A stretch of 64,000 bases of DNA from an uncultured Phycisphaerales bacterium (GTDB lineage: Bacteria; Planctomycetota; Phycisphaerae; Sedimentisphaerales; Anaerobacaceae), in the NCBI GenBank assembly GCA_963772725.1, contig CAVYYI010000001.1, forward strand, positions 384,001 to 448,000, read 5' to 3'. This document shows, piece by piece, positions 9,332 through 20,850 of this stretch; positions within the stretch are counted from its first letter, which is position 1; every line of letters begins with the position of its first letter. The notes under the pieces are model-generated. The model was not told the origin of the DNA. It did not search any database and saw nothing but the letters and a program-made list of their open reading frames with translations. The translations under genes were made by a program, and so were the position numbers.

Positions 9332-10255
9332 TTACCAATCCTTTTCAACTTCTTTGTACCGAGCTTTTTGCAGGGTTTGTCTTTGGTTTTTATCTCGTTG
9401 TTCTTTATCGAGTATTTCCTGGGCAGCAGTATCATCGGCAGAAACCTGCTGTTTCTGCTCCTGCTGCTGTTGTTGTTCGGTCTGCTGCTGATTTGTTTTC
9501 TGCGGCTGATTAGGCTCTTGCTTAGAACTTTGTTGCTGTTGTTGAGTTTTTGGCTGATTGGCATCCTGCTGTGAAGATTGCTGCTGCTGGTTTTGCTGCT
9601 GTGCCTGGTTTGGGTCTTTGGACTGATTTTGGTTCTGCTGCTGCCCGGGCCGATTGGGGTCTTGCTGCCGCTGGCTTTGCTGTTGTGTCTGGTTTGGATC
9701 TTTAGATTGATTTTGGTTCTGTTGCCCATGTTGATTGGGGTCTTGCTTTTTTTGGTTTTTGAGCTGATCGAGAATATCTTTTATGGTCAGCCTGGCAACT
9801 TCTATATTTTTTGCGGCTTTTTCATTTTCAGGTTCAGTATCCAGCACGCCTCGCCAATATCCTATGGCGTTTTCCATATCCTGAATTGCTTTTTCCAGAT
9901 TCGAGTCTCTTTGTTTGGTGCCTTGTTGAAAAGAACAGTTACCCAGATTATATTTGGCTTTGGCAACCAGTTTCATATCTTTGCTTTCAGTAGCGACAGC
10001 CTTGTATAAATTCATCGCTTGTTCAAGGTCGTCAAGCCTGTAATAGCTATTGGCCTTGTTAAATTTTGGTTCTAATACCAGAGGGTTATCAATAACAGCC
10101 TGGTCGTATTGTTTAATCGCTTCGTCAAATTTACCCTGCTCATACAGCTTGTTACCCTGCAGAGTAGAAAGTCTCGCTGAACCGGCAAAAGCGGTTTGCA
10201 GCCCAAACAAAACCGTCAATATCATTAAAAGTATTTTATGTTTTCCTGCGTTCAC
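9332..10255 (-). CDS. batC: BatC-like TPR protein with Gln-rich linker
   Basis: GNKLYEQGKFDEAI, YNLGN, AAKNIE, Q-rich tail, C-terminal VEKDW. Confidence 0.8.
   Translation of the reverse strand: MNAGKHKILLMILTVLFGLQTAFAGSARLSTLQGNKLYEQGKFDEAIKQYDQAVIDNPLVLEPKFNKANSYYRLDDLEQAMNLYKAVATESKDMKLVAKAKYNLGNCSFQQGTKQRDSNLEKAIQDMENAIGYWRGVLDTEPENEKAAKNIEVARLTIKDILDQLKNQKKQDPNQHGQQNQNQSKDPNQTQQQSQRQQDPNRPGQQQNQNQSKDPNQAQQQNQQQQSSQQDANQPKTQQQQQSSKQEPNQPQKTNQQQTEQQQQQEQKQQVSADDTAAQEILDKEQRDKNQRQTLQKARYKEVEKDW
9585..9747 (-). repeat. Coding tandem duplication (~27-28 codons) in the BatC linker
   Basis: QDPNQHGQQNQNQSKDPNQTQQQ / QDPNRPGQQQNQNQSKDPNQAQQQ. Confidence 0.8.
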
Positions 10256-11249
10256 TTATAAAAGCCTCACAAATAATCAATGCCAGTCCTAAAGCCACAA
10301 AAATCTGGAATTTTTCATCATACTTGAGCATCGTTGTCGATTCAAGAGTGCGTTTTTCTGCAGAAGCAATCAAACTTTCATAAATTTGTCCGAGGTCCAA
10401 AGTTGTACCAGGTTCGACGGAAAGATATTTTCCGCCTTTTGTAGCATAAACAAGTTTTCGCAACATATCGCTGTCAACTTTTGACCAGACTTCCCGGTCA
10501 TTATATTTTAAGAATGTTTTTTCACCATTTGGCCCTGTAATTGGAATCCGCGAACCCTGGTTCTGGTCACCGAGGCCGATGGCTATTACTCTTATACCAT
10601 CGGCGGCAGCTTTTTCGGCGGCCTGGACGGGAAAACTGTCCTGGTCTTCGCCATCTGTAATCAGAATTATATCCTTATACTCACGGCTCTGCTTATCGAA
10701 AACTTCCTGAGATGCTTTGCGAATCGCATCGCCTATCATTGTTCCGCCTTTGCTGGAACTTTCTGTGGAAATATCCGCCAAAGCCATTCTAACGAATGCA
10801 TAATCCTGGGTCAACGGGCATTTCACAGTGCTGTTTCCCGCAAATGTTACGATGGCTATACGGTCGCCTTTTAGAGTTTCCAGCAAATCCCTTATCGCCA
10901 GCTTCGAGCGTTCAAGCCTGTTCGGTTTGATATCCTCTGCCAGCATAGAGCGTGAAGTGTCCAGTAATATACACACATCGCGACCCTGCCGTTTTATTTT
11001 CTGTGCCTGGGGATTCCATTTGGGCTCGGTCAAAGCCATTACAATGGTGGCAAAACCGGCAATTAGCAATAAGGCCTTGAATATCTGTTTTTTCAGGCTT
11101 ACGGAAATGTTGATTTTCCTTAGCATCTCATTACTTGCTAATATCCTCAGTGTCTTTATTTTTTGCCAAAAGCACCAGATGTACGCAGGCAGCAAAACCA
11201 CCGGTACAACAAATAACAACCATAACGCCTTGTCATTTCCCAGGTTCAT
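10236..11249 (-). CDS. batB: BatB-like vWA domain protein
   Basis: MIDAS DTSRSM, PNRLERSK, PLTQDY, ITDGED. Confidence 0.85.
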   Translation of the reverse strand: MNLGNDKALWLLFVVPVVLLPAYIWCFWQKIKTLRILASNEMLRKINISVSLKKQIFKALLLIAGFATIVMALTEPKWNPQAQKIKRQGRDVCILLDTSRSMLAEDIKPNRLERSKLAIRDLLETLKGDRIAIVTFAGNSTVKCPLTQDYAFVRMALADISTESSSKGGTMIGDAIRKASQEVFDKQSREYKDIILITDGEDQDSFPVQAAEKAAADGIRVIAIGLGDQNQGSRIPITGPNGEKTFLKYNDREVWSKVDSDMLRKLVYATKGGKYLSVEPGTTLDLGQIYESLIASAEKRTLESTTMLKYDEKFQIFVALGLALIICEAFISERRKT

Positions 11250-11270
11250 AAAATCCTTACACTTTTGCCT

Positions 11271-12361
11271 CTATGGAATCTTTCGAAAAACAGTACATCC
11301 TGCCAACATTTCCATGGCAAGCACCAACAAAGCAGCCAGTGTCCATGGGCCGAAAAGCTCCGCATATTGTGTGTACTGAATCGATTTGACCTCAGTTTTT
11401 TCCAATTTGTCTATTTTTTCAACAATAGTACCAAGTGTCTCTGCATTATCAGCCCGTCCATAAAATCCGCCTGTTGTATCGGCAATTGTCTTGAGTAAAT
11501 TTTCATCAAGACTTTGACCAGTCGGCATCTTATATGTACCCAAAGGGGTCTGAACAGATGTATAAGCCTGCTCAGAACCAATGCCGATAGTGTATATTTT
11601 TATGCCCCAATTTTTTGCCAGTTCGGCGGCCTGCAGGGGGCATATTGGCCGGCATTATTCATACCATCGGTAAGCAGAATAATAATCTTACTTTTAATCT
11701 TGAATCCGGCCTGCGGCTCATCTATTTTTTTTTCGCCTGCCTGTATCAGCAGGGTGTTTCTCTGCTTAATTTCTTCTTCAGCTTTTTTCAGCCTGGCTGC
11801 CGCCAACGCGATAGCATCTCCTATGGCAGTGCCGTCTTCACTGCGAATCGATACGATTTCGGTTTTTTTCAGAAATTCAAGCAGGACATTATGACTAAGC
11901 ACCAGGGGACAAATTGTATCGGCATATCTTGCAAAGGTAATTAATCCTACAAGGTCGCCGCTTCTGCCAACGAGATTATTTTTATTTCCATCAATGAAAT
12001 CAGAAAGAACTTTTTTGACCACTTCGAGGCGATTGAGGTTTTGCCCGTAATAATCCATTTCCGTTTGCATACTGCCGGAGCGGTCGGCGACAACCTCGAT
12101 AGCTATGCCTTGTGTGGAAATCTCCGACAAAACCGTACCTTTTCTTGGCCTGGCAAGGGCGACTATTAAAAGACCGATACAGACAAGCCTGGCGATTAAC
12201 AGTAACGGCCTGAGCCGGCTGCGCACGGAAATTCGGCATTTTTTCATATCCACGAGGCTGGGGAATATTACGGCAGCGGTACGTTTTTTGCGCAGATACA
12301 AAAACGCCAAAAACGGCAGTATAAAAAACAACAATAATACCCAGGGTGAATATAACTGCAT
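11271..12361 (-). CDS. batA: BatA-like vWA domain protein; frameshift near 11630
   Basis: ALARP, DRSGSM, GTAIGDAI, LLTDG in 11600..12361; continues in 11271..11543 (LDENLLKTIADTTGG). Confidence 0.85.
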
Positions 12362-13443
12362 TTATTTGCTTCCTATTTCAACCAGATGCGAAGTATTGGC
12401 ATCAGTTACGTCAATCTTTTTCTCATCAGATTTTGTTTTCTCGATAAAGTTTTTAACCAGGTCGAAAGTTTTCTGGATTTGCTCGGCAGCAGGATTATGT
12501 TTGGCAAATTTTACAAGGTCGCAGTGCTGCAGAAATTCTCCCAAATCCTTTTTGTCCTCCGTGTCAAGAATATCCGCTGTTGCCAACTCGATCAAAAATT
12601 CTTCCGTAGTTCTTTCCGGAGCTCTGAGATTAAAGCGGTGTTCAATATAATGTCTGAGGATATCGCTTATTTGTTCATAGAATTCCTTGATTTTACCATT
12701 CTGTATCAAATCCTGTTTAACCAGAGTTCGCAGCCGTTCGTAGGCAATTTCATGGGCAGGCTTAAAAATCCTGACAAGTTCAGCCTGTCCCTTTCGCCTC
12801 AAATATATCCAGAATACCAAACCAGCCGTAACAATTACAACTATGCCTAATGCCCAAAACCATCGGAAAGAACTTTTCTCAGGCATTGGGACAACGCCTT
12901 CGATATCGGCTATTTTTAATTCAGCCCGCTGCTCGCCAAGCAGAGAAGTTACTTCGATATCTATGGGCTCGGTGGTAAGTTCATATTTATTTTTTTCGGG
13001 GTTGTTAATATCATGGAATTGAAATGTAAAAGCCGGTATCGGAAGAGTGCCGGACGAAAAAGGCTCAAGCTGATACCGATATGCCTTAACAACATTATTT
13101 TTTTCGTCGAGTTTGCTGCCTAAATCATCCCAATCTATAATTCCGAAATTCTCAAATACTTTGTCAACTTTTGGCATCTGAACTTCAAAGCCGGTCTCTG
13201 TTGTCGTCTCAATCTCCAGCAGAAGAGTTTCAGCAATAGTCATTTTGGCTTTGTCGGCGCGTATGTGGACGGTTAGAGGGCCACGCTGGAAATTTTTATC
13301 AATCTCAAATTTCTTTTTGTCACTTTTGGCTTTTATATCCTTCCTGCAGCCGCGCAAACCAGCAGAGACGCACAAGTTATAAGTGCGCAAATTATGAATA
13401 TTCCTGAACGTTTGTATTCGCGTGGTTTACTTGTTATTTTCAT
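12362..13443 (-). CDS. Bat-operon membrane/lipoprotein (BatD-like domain); probable frameshift near 13350
   Basis: ORF 12362..13390 has PAHEIAYERL..LRHYIEHRF..APERTTEEFL..CDLVKFA; an upstream frame from ATG 13443 gives a signal peptide ending LLVCxGC. Confidence 0.65.
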
Positions 13444-14527
13444 TTTTGTCTGCCGGAGTCAATACCGATGTATGGATAATAACGTTGTATTTGTCCATCA
13501 ACTGTTTTATTAATTCCTGCTGCACATCCCGGCTTTTCTGGCTCAGAAGCTCGTTGGTTATCTGGTCTCTGGCCTCGTCGAAACTTTTTTGCCGCTCAAC
13601 CGAGTTTGGATCCTGCTTATTTGCCGGCTCTACAAATTTAGTCTTGTTGGCCTGGTAATATGTTTGAAGGTCGGTTTCGGTGATATTGATTTTGCCGGCC
13701 AATTCACCGTTCATCAGCTGCTGACTCAAAACGCCGCGAGTCAATTCTTCGAGAAGCCTTTTGTTTTTTGGCTTTTGCGGCAAATCTTCTTTCAAGGCCT
13801 GGCGATATAAAACTTCCTCGGTCAGCCATGACTGAAGAAACTGCTGTTTACTCGAAGGCTCTTTATATTGCTCGAGCAGTTTCTTTTTTTGCTCATTTAG
13901 CTGGTCTGTTGACACAAATGCAGCCATCGGAGCGAGCTGGTTGTCAATGGCTTGTTCGATTAGCACATCGAGGTCGGCCTGAGTTATCTTTTCAGGACCA
14001 ATTTCGGCGACTATTTTACTCGCTGCATTTTCCTGATTATTGAAACTTGTTCTGTCCATCAATTCGTACCGCAAAGCTGAAAAATTACCGATTTTTTCAA
14101 AACAATTCTTGATATGAGCATTAATCTGCGGCTCTAACTCATCGATTTTGGCAATTGCCTCACTGCGATAGTAATATTCAATTGCCTCATCGTAAGAACC
14201 GGCTTTCTCAAGCAGATTTCCAATCTGGAAAAGCGTTTTTGCGCGTTCTGTGTCCGATATTTTGCCGATGGATAGATATTCCTGCCAGACTTTAGCCGCT
14301 CTTGCGTATAGATTGCGTCCGTCAAGCTTTGCGGCGAGTTCTTTAACCTGGTCAGGTGAAGGAGATGAGACGGTGTTTGCCGAATAGGAGCCATGCCCCA
14401 AAGGTCTTACAAGAAGATTGGCGGCAGTCAGTCCTATGAGAATCAAAAGCAGGATAATAACCAAGCCGGATACAAAAGAATTTTTTTGTTTTTTTTCAGG
14501 TAACGAAAAATCCAGTTTTTCTTCCAT
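13427..14527 (-). CDS. TPR plus SurA/PpiC-like chaperone domain membrane-anchored protein
   Basis: N-terminal TM, TPR-like region, VAEIGPEKIT..ITETDLQTYYQANK..KSFDEARDQI. Confidence 0.65.
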   Translation of the reverse strand: MEEKLDFSLPEKKQKNSFVSGLVIILLLILIGLTAANLLVRPLGHGSYSANTVSSPSPDQVKELAAKLDGRNLYARAAKVWQEYLSIGKISDTERAKTLFQIGNLLEKAGSYDEAIEYYYRSEAIAKIDELEPQINAHIKNCFEKIGNFSALRYELMDRTSFNNQENAASKIVAEIGPEKITQADLDVLIEQAIDNQLAPMAAFVSTDQLNEQKKKLLEQYKEPSSKQQFLQSWLTEEVLYRQALKEDLPQKPKNKRLLEELTRGVLSQQLMNGELAGKINITETDLQTYYQANKTKFVEPANKQDPNSVERQKSFDEARDQITNELLSQKSRDVQQELIKQLMDKYNVIIHTSVLTPADKNENNK

Positions 14528-14567
14528 AACATTTATCTCGCATAATTTTTTTTAGGCTAAAAGTCAA

Positions 14568-15443
14568 TTAATAACGCCTGTGCCGCATATGAAAAAATCT
14601 AACCAAATCCTGTATATACGGCTTGTCAGTGTTTATGCTGATACAATCAACATTAATTGTTCGCAGCATACTCTTCAATTCATCGAATCTCAAGGCGGCA
14701 GTGCTGCTGTATTGCTCCCTGAATTTGCCGCTTGAAGTGTCAACGAGAATAAATTCGCCGGTTTCAGCATCGGTAAACTCAATCAGTCCTATACCGGGCA
14801 GCGCGATTTCAGCCTTATCGCGAACAGGGACGGCGATTACATCGTGTCGCTTATTGAGCAGACCGAGAGGTTTTTTAAAATCAGCCTCTATAAAATCCGA
14901 TACGAGGAACACCGTCGCTTTTTTACGTACCACCTTTGCCAGATAATTCAGCGCCTCGTTGATATTAGTCTTTCTTTTCTGCATCTTGAAGTACAGCAGT
15001 TCGCGAATCAGCCTGAGCATGTGGCTGATTCCCTTTTTAGGCGGAATATACAGCTCTATCCTGTCGGTAAAAATCAGCAATCCGACTTTATCATTATTTT
15101 TTGCCGCTGCAAATGCCAGCACGGCGCAGAATTCGGCGGCGAGTTCATTTTTGGCCTTATTTACAGTTCCGAAATCGCCGGAGGCGCTCAAATCAACGGC
15201 AAAAAGCACAGTCATCTCACGTTCTTCCACGAAGCGTTTTATGTAAGGCCTGCCGGTACGGGCGGTAACATTCCAGTCGATGGTACGGATGTCATCGCCG
15301 GGCGTATATTCACGAACTTCATCGAATTGCATACCTCTGCCTTTGAAAACGCTTTCATACTGGCCGGCAAAACTGGCATCTACGGCACGGGACGTGTAGA
15401 TTTGAATCTGTTTAATTTTTTTAATTAATTCCTGCGGTATCAT
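14568..15443 (-). CDS. DUF58 domain protein
   Basis: GMQFDEVREYTPGDDIRTIDWNVTAR, EEREM, DLSAS, SDF. Confidence 0.92.
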   Translation of the reverse strand: MIPQELIKKIKQIQIYTSRAVDASFAGQYESVFKGRGMQFDEVREYTPGDDIRTIDWNVTARTGRPYIKRFVEEREMTVLFAVDLSASGDFGTVNKAKNELAAEFCAVLAFAAAKNNDKVGLLIFTDRIELYIPPKKGISHMLRLIRELLYFKMQKRKTNINEALNYLAKVVRKKATVFLVSDFIEADFKKPLGLLNKRHDVIAVPVRDKAEIALPGIGLIEFTDAETGEFILVDTSSGKFREQYSSTAALRFDELKSMLRTINVDCISINTDKPYIQDLVRFFHMRHRRY

Positions 15444-15480
15444 AATGTTAGTTTTTAATTAATTTAAACCTCAAACCTGT

Positions 15481-16471
15481 TTAAGGCACTTCAATATTAT
15501 CGAAGATTGTCTTGATAATATCTTCGCTGGTTTTGTCCTCTGCTTCGGCCTCATAGCTGACGATTACTCTATGCCGCAGAACATCGGCGCCGATACTTTT
15601 TACATCCTGCGGGGTAACATAGCCTCTTTGCTGAATAAAGGCGTGTGCTTTCGCGGCAACAGCAAGGTAAATTGTGGCTCGAGGCGACGCCCCATAGCTT
15701 ATGAAGTTGGCCATTTTAATTCCATATTTGGCAGGCTCCCTGGTGGCACAAACTATATCGACTATGTAATCTTTGATTTTTTCATCAATATATATTTCAT
15801 CCACTACAGAGCGTACTTCGGAAATCTGTTCGGGGGTGATAACCGGTTTAATATCAAAATTTGTACTTGTCAGCTGCCATCCTGTCGAGAATTTTACGTT
15901 CTTCATCCTTGTTTGGATAATCGATTTTAACTTTCAGCATAAAGCGGTCAAGCTGAGCTTCCGGCAGAGGATATGTTCCCTCCTGTTCGATAGGATTCTG
16001 GGTTGCAAGTACGAGGAAAGGCCTGGGGAGAGCAAAGGTTTGTTCCCCGATTGTTACCTGTCTTTCCTGCATAGCTTCCAACAGGGCGCTTTGTACCTTG
16101 GCTGGAGCTCTGTTGATTTCGTCTGCTAATATGATATTGGCAAAAATAGGCCCCTTGCGGGTATAAAATTCGCCGTCTGCCTGCCGATATATCTGCGTGC
16201 CAATCAGGTCGGCGGGAAGCAGGTCTGGGGTAAACTGTATTCGCCTAAAATCAGCATTAATAGCTCGCGACAAAACTGTTACAGCCATGGTTTTAGCTAA
16301 ACCGGGTACCCCTTCCAGCAGTATATGCCCGTTGGCTAAAAGCCCGATAAGCATCCGCTCAAGCATATATCGCTGACCAACAATTACCTTGTCCATCTCC
16401 CCAAATAGTGCCCGCACAAACTCGCTTTTTTCCTGAACTAAATTTCCAATTTGCTTTACGTCTGCAGCCAT
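15481..16471 (-). CDS. moxR: MoxR-family AAA+ ATPase; frameshift near 15860
   Basis: LEGVPGLAKT, RIQFTPDLLPAD, DEINRAPAKVQSALLE, ATQNPIEQEGTYPLPEAQLDRF; C-terminal GASPRA..VLRHR in a second frame. Confidence 0.92.
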
Positions 16472-16677
16472 AAAGAGTTTCTCCTTAAAGTCTTATCTAT
16501 TACAAAGCATATCTCATAATTTCAGTCCGCACAGAGATATAAGGCTATTAAAAAATCCTTAAGTTTTTTGTACGTTTTGCACCTGCGAATTGTTCATATT
16601 ATGTGAAAAAATCAGAAAAAATCAAGTGCTGGCATAGTCTGTTTGAGATTTTATATTCCAGCCTGCCGGCGCAGCAT

Positions 16678-17997
16678 TTATATATCTTTTAAAAGGGTAT
16701 TTGCCGGGGATTTTTCGATAGTATCGGCGAAAGTTTTCAGGCAGCTGGAAAGTTTATCCAGTTCGGCTGAGGTGATAACCGGAATGTTGGTATTGCCGCG
16801 ATGTTCGAGCGAATCGACAACGTATTTTACCGTGAGCTTTCCAACGTCACAGGCGGGTTGATACGCGACGTCCTTATCTTCTTCCTGTCTTATTTCGCAA
16901 ACAACGCCGGATTCGACTAATTCGTAAAGTATCTCACGCACCAGGCGGATTGGTACGTTGAGTTTGTGAGAAATGCCGGCAGCGTCCCAAGCTTGCTTTG
17001 ACTCGCAGAAGTTTTTTACCACCAGTTGGCATATTAAAAGCGAGATTAGCGTCTTAAATGAATGGCTGACGGATAAGCAATCCTGCTCAAATTCATAGGT
17101 ATCCACGTTTTGATGGGCAAACGAAAGTTCTGCGCCGAATAAGACTATTAACCAGCTTGACTGGAGCCATAACAGGAAAAGTGGCAGGGCGGCGAAGCTC
17201 CCGTAAATCGGACCGTATTTAACGGCTCCGATTTGGAAATTGATGTAAACCCATTGCACAACCAGAAAGATTGTTCCTGTAATGATGCCGGCGAAAATAC
17301 CTGATTTGAGTTTGACTTTTGTGTTCGGCATAAAAATAAAAACAAACGTAAATGTTACCCAGATCGCGATGTATGATAGGAGTTTAAGGCTTGGCAGGAT
17401 TATCCATCCGTAAGAGCGAAGGAAACTGAATGCCTCAACCCAGTGCTGTACCTGGCTGCTTATCATAACGGTAATGCTGCTTGCCGCTATCAAAAGAAAC
17501 GGACATATCATCATTATCGAAAGATAGTCAGTAAATTTTCTTCCGAGATGTCTTGGTTTTTTCACTCCCCAGATGTCGTTAAACGAATTCTCGATATTGC
17601 TCAGTACCTGTATAACTGTCCATAACACGAGAATTACGCCAATGCCGGCGATTAAACCGCCGTTGGTGTTTGCCAGCAGCGAATTCGCGAAAGTGATAAT
17701 TTTTTTCGCGACTTCCTCTTGACCCTGTAAGCTTTTTAATATCTGGGCTTCGAAGTTTTTTTCAAGCCCGAACCCCTTGGCTATGCCGAACATCATCGCA
17801 ATTACAGGGACAATGGAAAGCAATGAGTAAAATGTCAAGGCGGATGCCCTGAAATTGCATTTGTTTTCGTCATATCCGCGTATGGCCAGAAGAACGATTC
17901 GCAACTGACGAATCCAGAATGATTTCGCGGGAGGATAATTTCTCAGCCGTACACGCCAAATATCGTTTTTAACAAAGTTTAGAAGTTCGGATAGCAT
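16678..17997 (-). CDS. YihY/BrkB-family membrane protein with C-terminal winged-helix
   Basis: ASALTFYSLLSIVP, IENSFNDIW, YGSFAALPLFLLWLQ..GAE. Confidence 0.88.
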   Translation of the reverse strand: MLSELLNFVKNDIWRVRLRNYPPAKSFWIRQLRIVLLAIRGYDENKCNFRASALTFYSLLSIVPVIAMMFGIAKGFGLEKNFEAQILKSLQGQEEVAKKIITFANSLLANTNGGLIAGIGVILVLWTVIQVLSNIENSFNDIWGVKKPRHLGRKFTDYLSIMMICPFLLIAASSITVMISSQVQHWVEAFSFLRSYGWIILPSLKLLSYIAIWVTFTFVFIFMPNTKVKLKSGIFAGIITGTIFLVVQWVYINFQIGAVKYGPIYGSFAALPLFLLWLQSSWLIVLFGAELSFAHQNVDTYEFEQDCLSVSHSFKTLISLLICQLVVKNFCESKQAWDAAGISHKLNVPIRLVREILYELVESGVVCEIRQEEDKDVAYQPACDVGKLTVKYVVDSLEHRGNTNIPVITSAELDKLSSCLKTFADTIEKSPANTLLKDI

Positions 17998-18015
17998 TGT
18001 AAAACTCCTTATTTT

Positions 18016-19149
18016 TTACCTGTTAATATGCAGGATTTTGGCGCCATCGAAGCCGTTGAATTTCGTTGAAGAGGCGATGCTGTATGCTCCTATATTTTCG
18101 GTGTAAAGATAGTCGCCGATTTTAAGGTTCCCCGGGAGCTGCTCGGCCAGCGATATTTTGTCGAAACTGTCGCAGGTTGGGCCGACAACGGCGCAGACCT
18201 CGATTTTGCCGCGCGAGAACGAATGGAAATTGGGAATCCAGTGGTCGTACACGATGCCGGAAAAGGTATGATAGACGCCGTCGTTTATGTGATAGAAAAT
18301 TTTGCCGTTCCTGGAGGCTTTGCCTATTATTTCGGAAACGAGCGTCGCGCAGGTGGCGGCCATAAATCTTCCCGGTTCGGCGATAATCTCTATATCCGCG
18401 GGGAAAAGCCTTTGGCATTCGGAGTTTATTATCTGCGCGAGTTTCTCAAATTGTGGAACCTGCGCATCGTAGGGGGCGGGGAATCCGCCGCCTATATCGA
18501 CGATTTTCAGTTCGTAGCCTTTCTTTCGGGCGTCATTGAAAATTTCCGAGGTTATGTGCAGGGCGGCAGTATAATTATCAAAGTTTGTGCATTGGCTTCC
18601 AACGTGAAAACTTAATCCTTCGACAGCCAGCCCGGAATCGAAAACCTTTTTTATCAGGCCAGCGGCGTCGCCCAGCTCTGCGCCGAATTTGGAGCTCATC
18701 TCAACCTGCGAGCCTGTATCGGGGACCTTCAACCGCAAAACCAGACCGGCGGTTTCGCAGTTTTCCTTAATCTTATCGACCTCGTCGGCGTTGTCATAAG
18801 TTACAAGAGGCCTATACCTTTTTATATCCTTCAGAGTTTGCCTGTCTTTGATTGTGTTGGAGAAGATAATCTTGTCCCAAATGAAAAAGTCCTTGTCCTT
18901 TTCCTCAAAGTGGCGGATGTATTCATAGACCTGCATAAACTCGTTGTAGGATGCGACGTCGAAGCTGGCCCCCTCGTTGAACAGTGTCTCGATAATTTCC
19001 TGGTTGGAGTTGGCCTTTACTGCGTAATAAGCCTGCACACGCGGCAGATTCTTCTTGAACGACCGGTAGTTCCTGCGTATTTTCTCATGGTCAATTATAA
19101 ACAACGGCGTACCATGCTTATCAGCTAATTTTACAAGGTCTTTTTTCAT
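18016..19149 (-). CDS. PLP-dependent (fold type III) ornithine/lysine decarboxylase
   Basis: YYAVKAN, FDVAS, SKFGA, SFHVGSQ, DIGGGFP, EPGR, GPTCDSFD, GAY. Confidence 0.92.
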   Translation of the reverse strand: MKKDLVKLADKHGTPLFIIDHEKIRRNYRSFKKNLPRVQAYYAVKANSNQEIIETLFNEGASFDVASYNEFMQVYEYIRHFEEKDKDFFIWDKIIFSNTIKDRQTLKDIKRYRPLVTYDNADEVDKIKENCETAGLVLRLKVPDTGSQVEMSSKFGAELGDAAGLIKKVFDSGLAVEGLSFHVGSQCTNFDNYTAALHITSEIFNDARKKGYELKIVDIGGGFPAPYDAQVPQFEKLAQIINSECQRLFPADIEIIAEPGRFMAATCATLVSEIIGKASRNGKIFYHINDGVYHTFSGIVYDHWIPNFHSFSRGKIEVCAVVGPTCDSFDKISLAEQLPGNLKIGDYLYTENIGAYSIASSTKFNGFDGAKILHINR

Positions 19150-19204
19150 TTATTATCCTAACTAATTTTATTACACCAATGGTGCAAGTTTTGTCTTCAT
19201 TACT

Positions 19205-19232
19205 TGTCATTTTCACGCAAGCGTGAACCCTG
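19205..19232. repeat. Degenerate REP-like palindrome (TGTCAT...family)
   Basis: TGTCATTTTCACGCAAGCGTGAACCCTG, same architecture as 58605 and 39837. Confidence 0.55.
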
Positions 19233-19281
19233 TTTTTCAGCAAGATAACTTGAACTATACAAAGTAGCAAACCTATTATTT

Positions 19282-20124
19282 TTATTTTAATTTTTTGGCT
19301 AAATCATTTGCGGCTGCCTGAACAACGAGCCAACTAATTTCACATGTATCTTTGTCAGGAAACGCTTTTACAATCATCTGTTGATATGGATGAATTAAAT
19401 TTCTAAACTCGCGGAGTGAATGTGAAAACTTTTTCACATCAAGATCAAGCCACCCAACTTCATGGGCTACATTTATCATATCTGAAAGAGACCAATCTGC
19501 AAAATATTTTACCTTTCCAGTTCTTTGATCAAGAGGTGCAGATTTGCATCTATTCCCGTCTTCGGGAAACTTTTGGAAAATGGAAACAAGCATTCCCTCT
19601 AACATTGATCCCATAATAATAGTCGCTGCAAGATAAGCTTCCGCTATCATACATTTCTGAGCCTGCTCCCATCTATCAGCAAGAATTTCACCTAAGCCAG
19701 GTTCAAGCTTTAGACTCAAGAAATCAGGAGGAGGTAAAGGTTTTAATTCAGGTTCGCTTGGCTGTTCTACAAACTGTGGGATGATTTCTTTGAGTTTTGG
19801 TATAATTCCTTCTAATTCAACCTTCAGACCCTCTACCATTAATATCTCGTTTAATTTAGTGATAGCTTGTCCAATCTGTTGCTGATTCCCTTTATACTCA
19901 CGTGGGTCTGCCAAACGTAATACAACTGCTTTTAGATTGTTGTCTGTCAATTGCTTTAGAACATCTATTGTCCACCATTTTCGAGTTGAACCATCGTGTT
20001 TAAAATTGGAAAAACCAACACGCTGAAAAAAACGGGTAAGTTCGGAACCGGTACGGCAAACAGGATATCCCTGCCCTCCCCCACAAATCATATCAGCAAG
20101 TGCATCTAGTGTTTGGCCATCCAT
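19282..20124 (-). CDS. Putative Abi/defence protein: AbiJ-like N-terminal domain plus C-terminal HEPN domain
   Basis: N-terminal YPVCRTGSELTRFF..DGSTRKWW; C-terminal AYLAATIIMGSMLEG...LREFRNLIHP (HEPN R..H-type motif); AT-rich relative to flanks. Confidence 0.6.
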   Translation of the reverse strand: MDGQTLDALADMICGGGQGYPVCRTGSELTRFFQRVGFSNFKHDGSTRKWWTIDVLKQLTDNNLKAVVLRLADPREYKGNQQQIGQAITKLNEILMVEGLKVELEGIIPKLKEIIPQFVEQPSEPELKPLPPPDFLSLKLEPGLGEILADRWEQAQKCMIAEAYLAATIIMGSMLEGMLVSIFQKFPEDGNRCKSAPLDQRTGKVKYFADWSLSDMINVAHEVGWLDLDVKKFSHSLREFRNLIHPYQQMIVKAFPDKDTCEISWLVVQAAANDLAKKLK

Positions 20125-20202
20125 ATAATTATATATCTGATATATAAATCTTCCATGCTTTAAACCACAAAGTCATTTGATTTTTATCAGCTCTCAACAA
20201 TT

Positions 20203-20709
20203 TTATTTTTTTATAAATTCCGCTATGATTTCATAATATCTTGTGTTAAATTTTCTAAAATCGCAAGTCAACTGTGATTCTTGGTCTAATGGCGTTTTAT
20301 GATTAAAATCTTGTGGCTTTAAATCTGTTTCTGAAAATAAAATATTGCTTGTTAATTCCGATTCATCGCCATAAATAGAACTATTAAAAGAATCTACCCA
20401 TGCTTTATTATAATATTCATCTTCAAGAGAAAATGGAGTAAAACTAATAGTATAAATATCATTAATTGAATAGTCAATTCCGTTATATAGATTAAATTTT
20501 CCACCTAATAAAAAATGTTTATTTTTTTTAACCGTCCCGTTAATGATACTTTCGACTATGCCGCTTATAATTATATTTTGTTTTTCATGCCAAATATTAA
20601 CCCATAGTTTAATATTATTCAATTTTGATAAATATAAGATTAAGCGTTTTCTTTCAAGTTCAATTAACCGCCTTTCATGATCTACCAATGATCGTCCAAA
20701 TTTTATCAT
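20203..20709 (-). CDS. Hypothetical protein (AT-rich, accessory)
   Basis: 168-aa ORF with GAGGA RBS; no recognised motif. Confidence 0.5.
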   Translation of the reverse strand: MIKFGRSLVDHERRLIELERKRLILYLSKLNNIKLWVNIWHEKQNIIISGIVESIINGTVKKNKHFLLGGKFNLYNGIDYSINDIYTISFTPFSLEDEYYNKAWVDSFNSSIYGDESELTSNILFSETDLKPQDFNHKTPLDQESQLTCDFRKFNTRYYEIIAEFIKK

Positions 20710-20850
20710 TTTATAATCCTCTTATAGGCAAAGTAGAACTTATACAAAGGTATTTCTTATCATTTTACTTTCATCACAATAAAACATCAATGAAAACCTA
20801 TCCACTAAAGCTTTGTCAATGATGGATACAATTTTCATTTTAATCATTTG

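Noticed and set aside
9585..9747. Possible CRISPR or other non-coding repeat array
   Set aside because: In-frame Gln-rich linker duplication within BatC. No equal-length repeat/unique-spacer array or cas genes were seen anywhere in the window.
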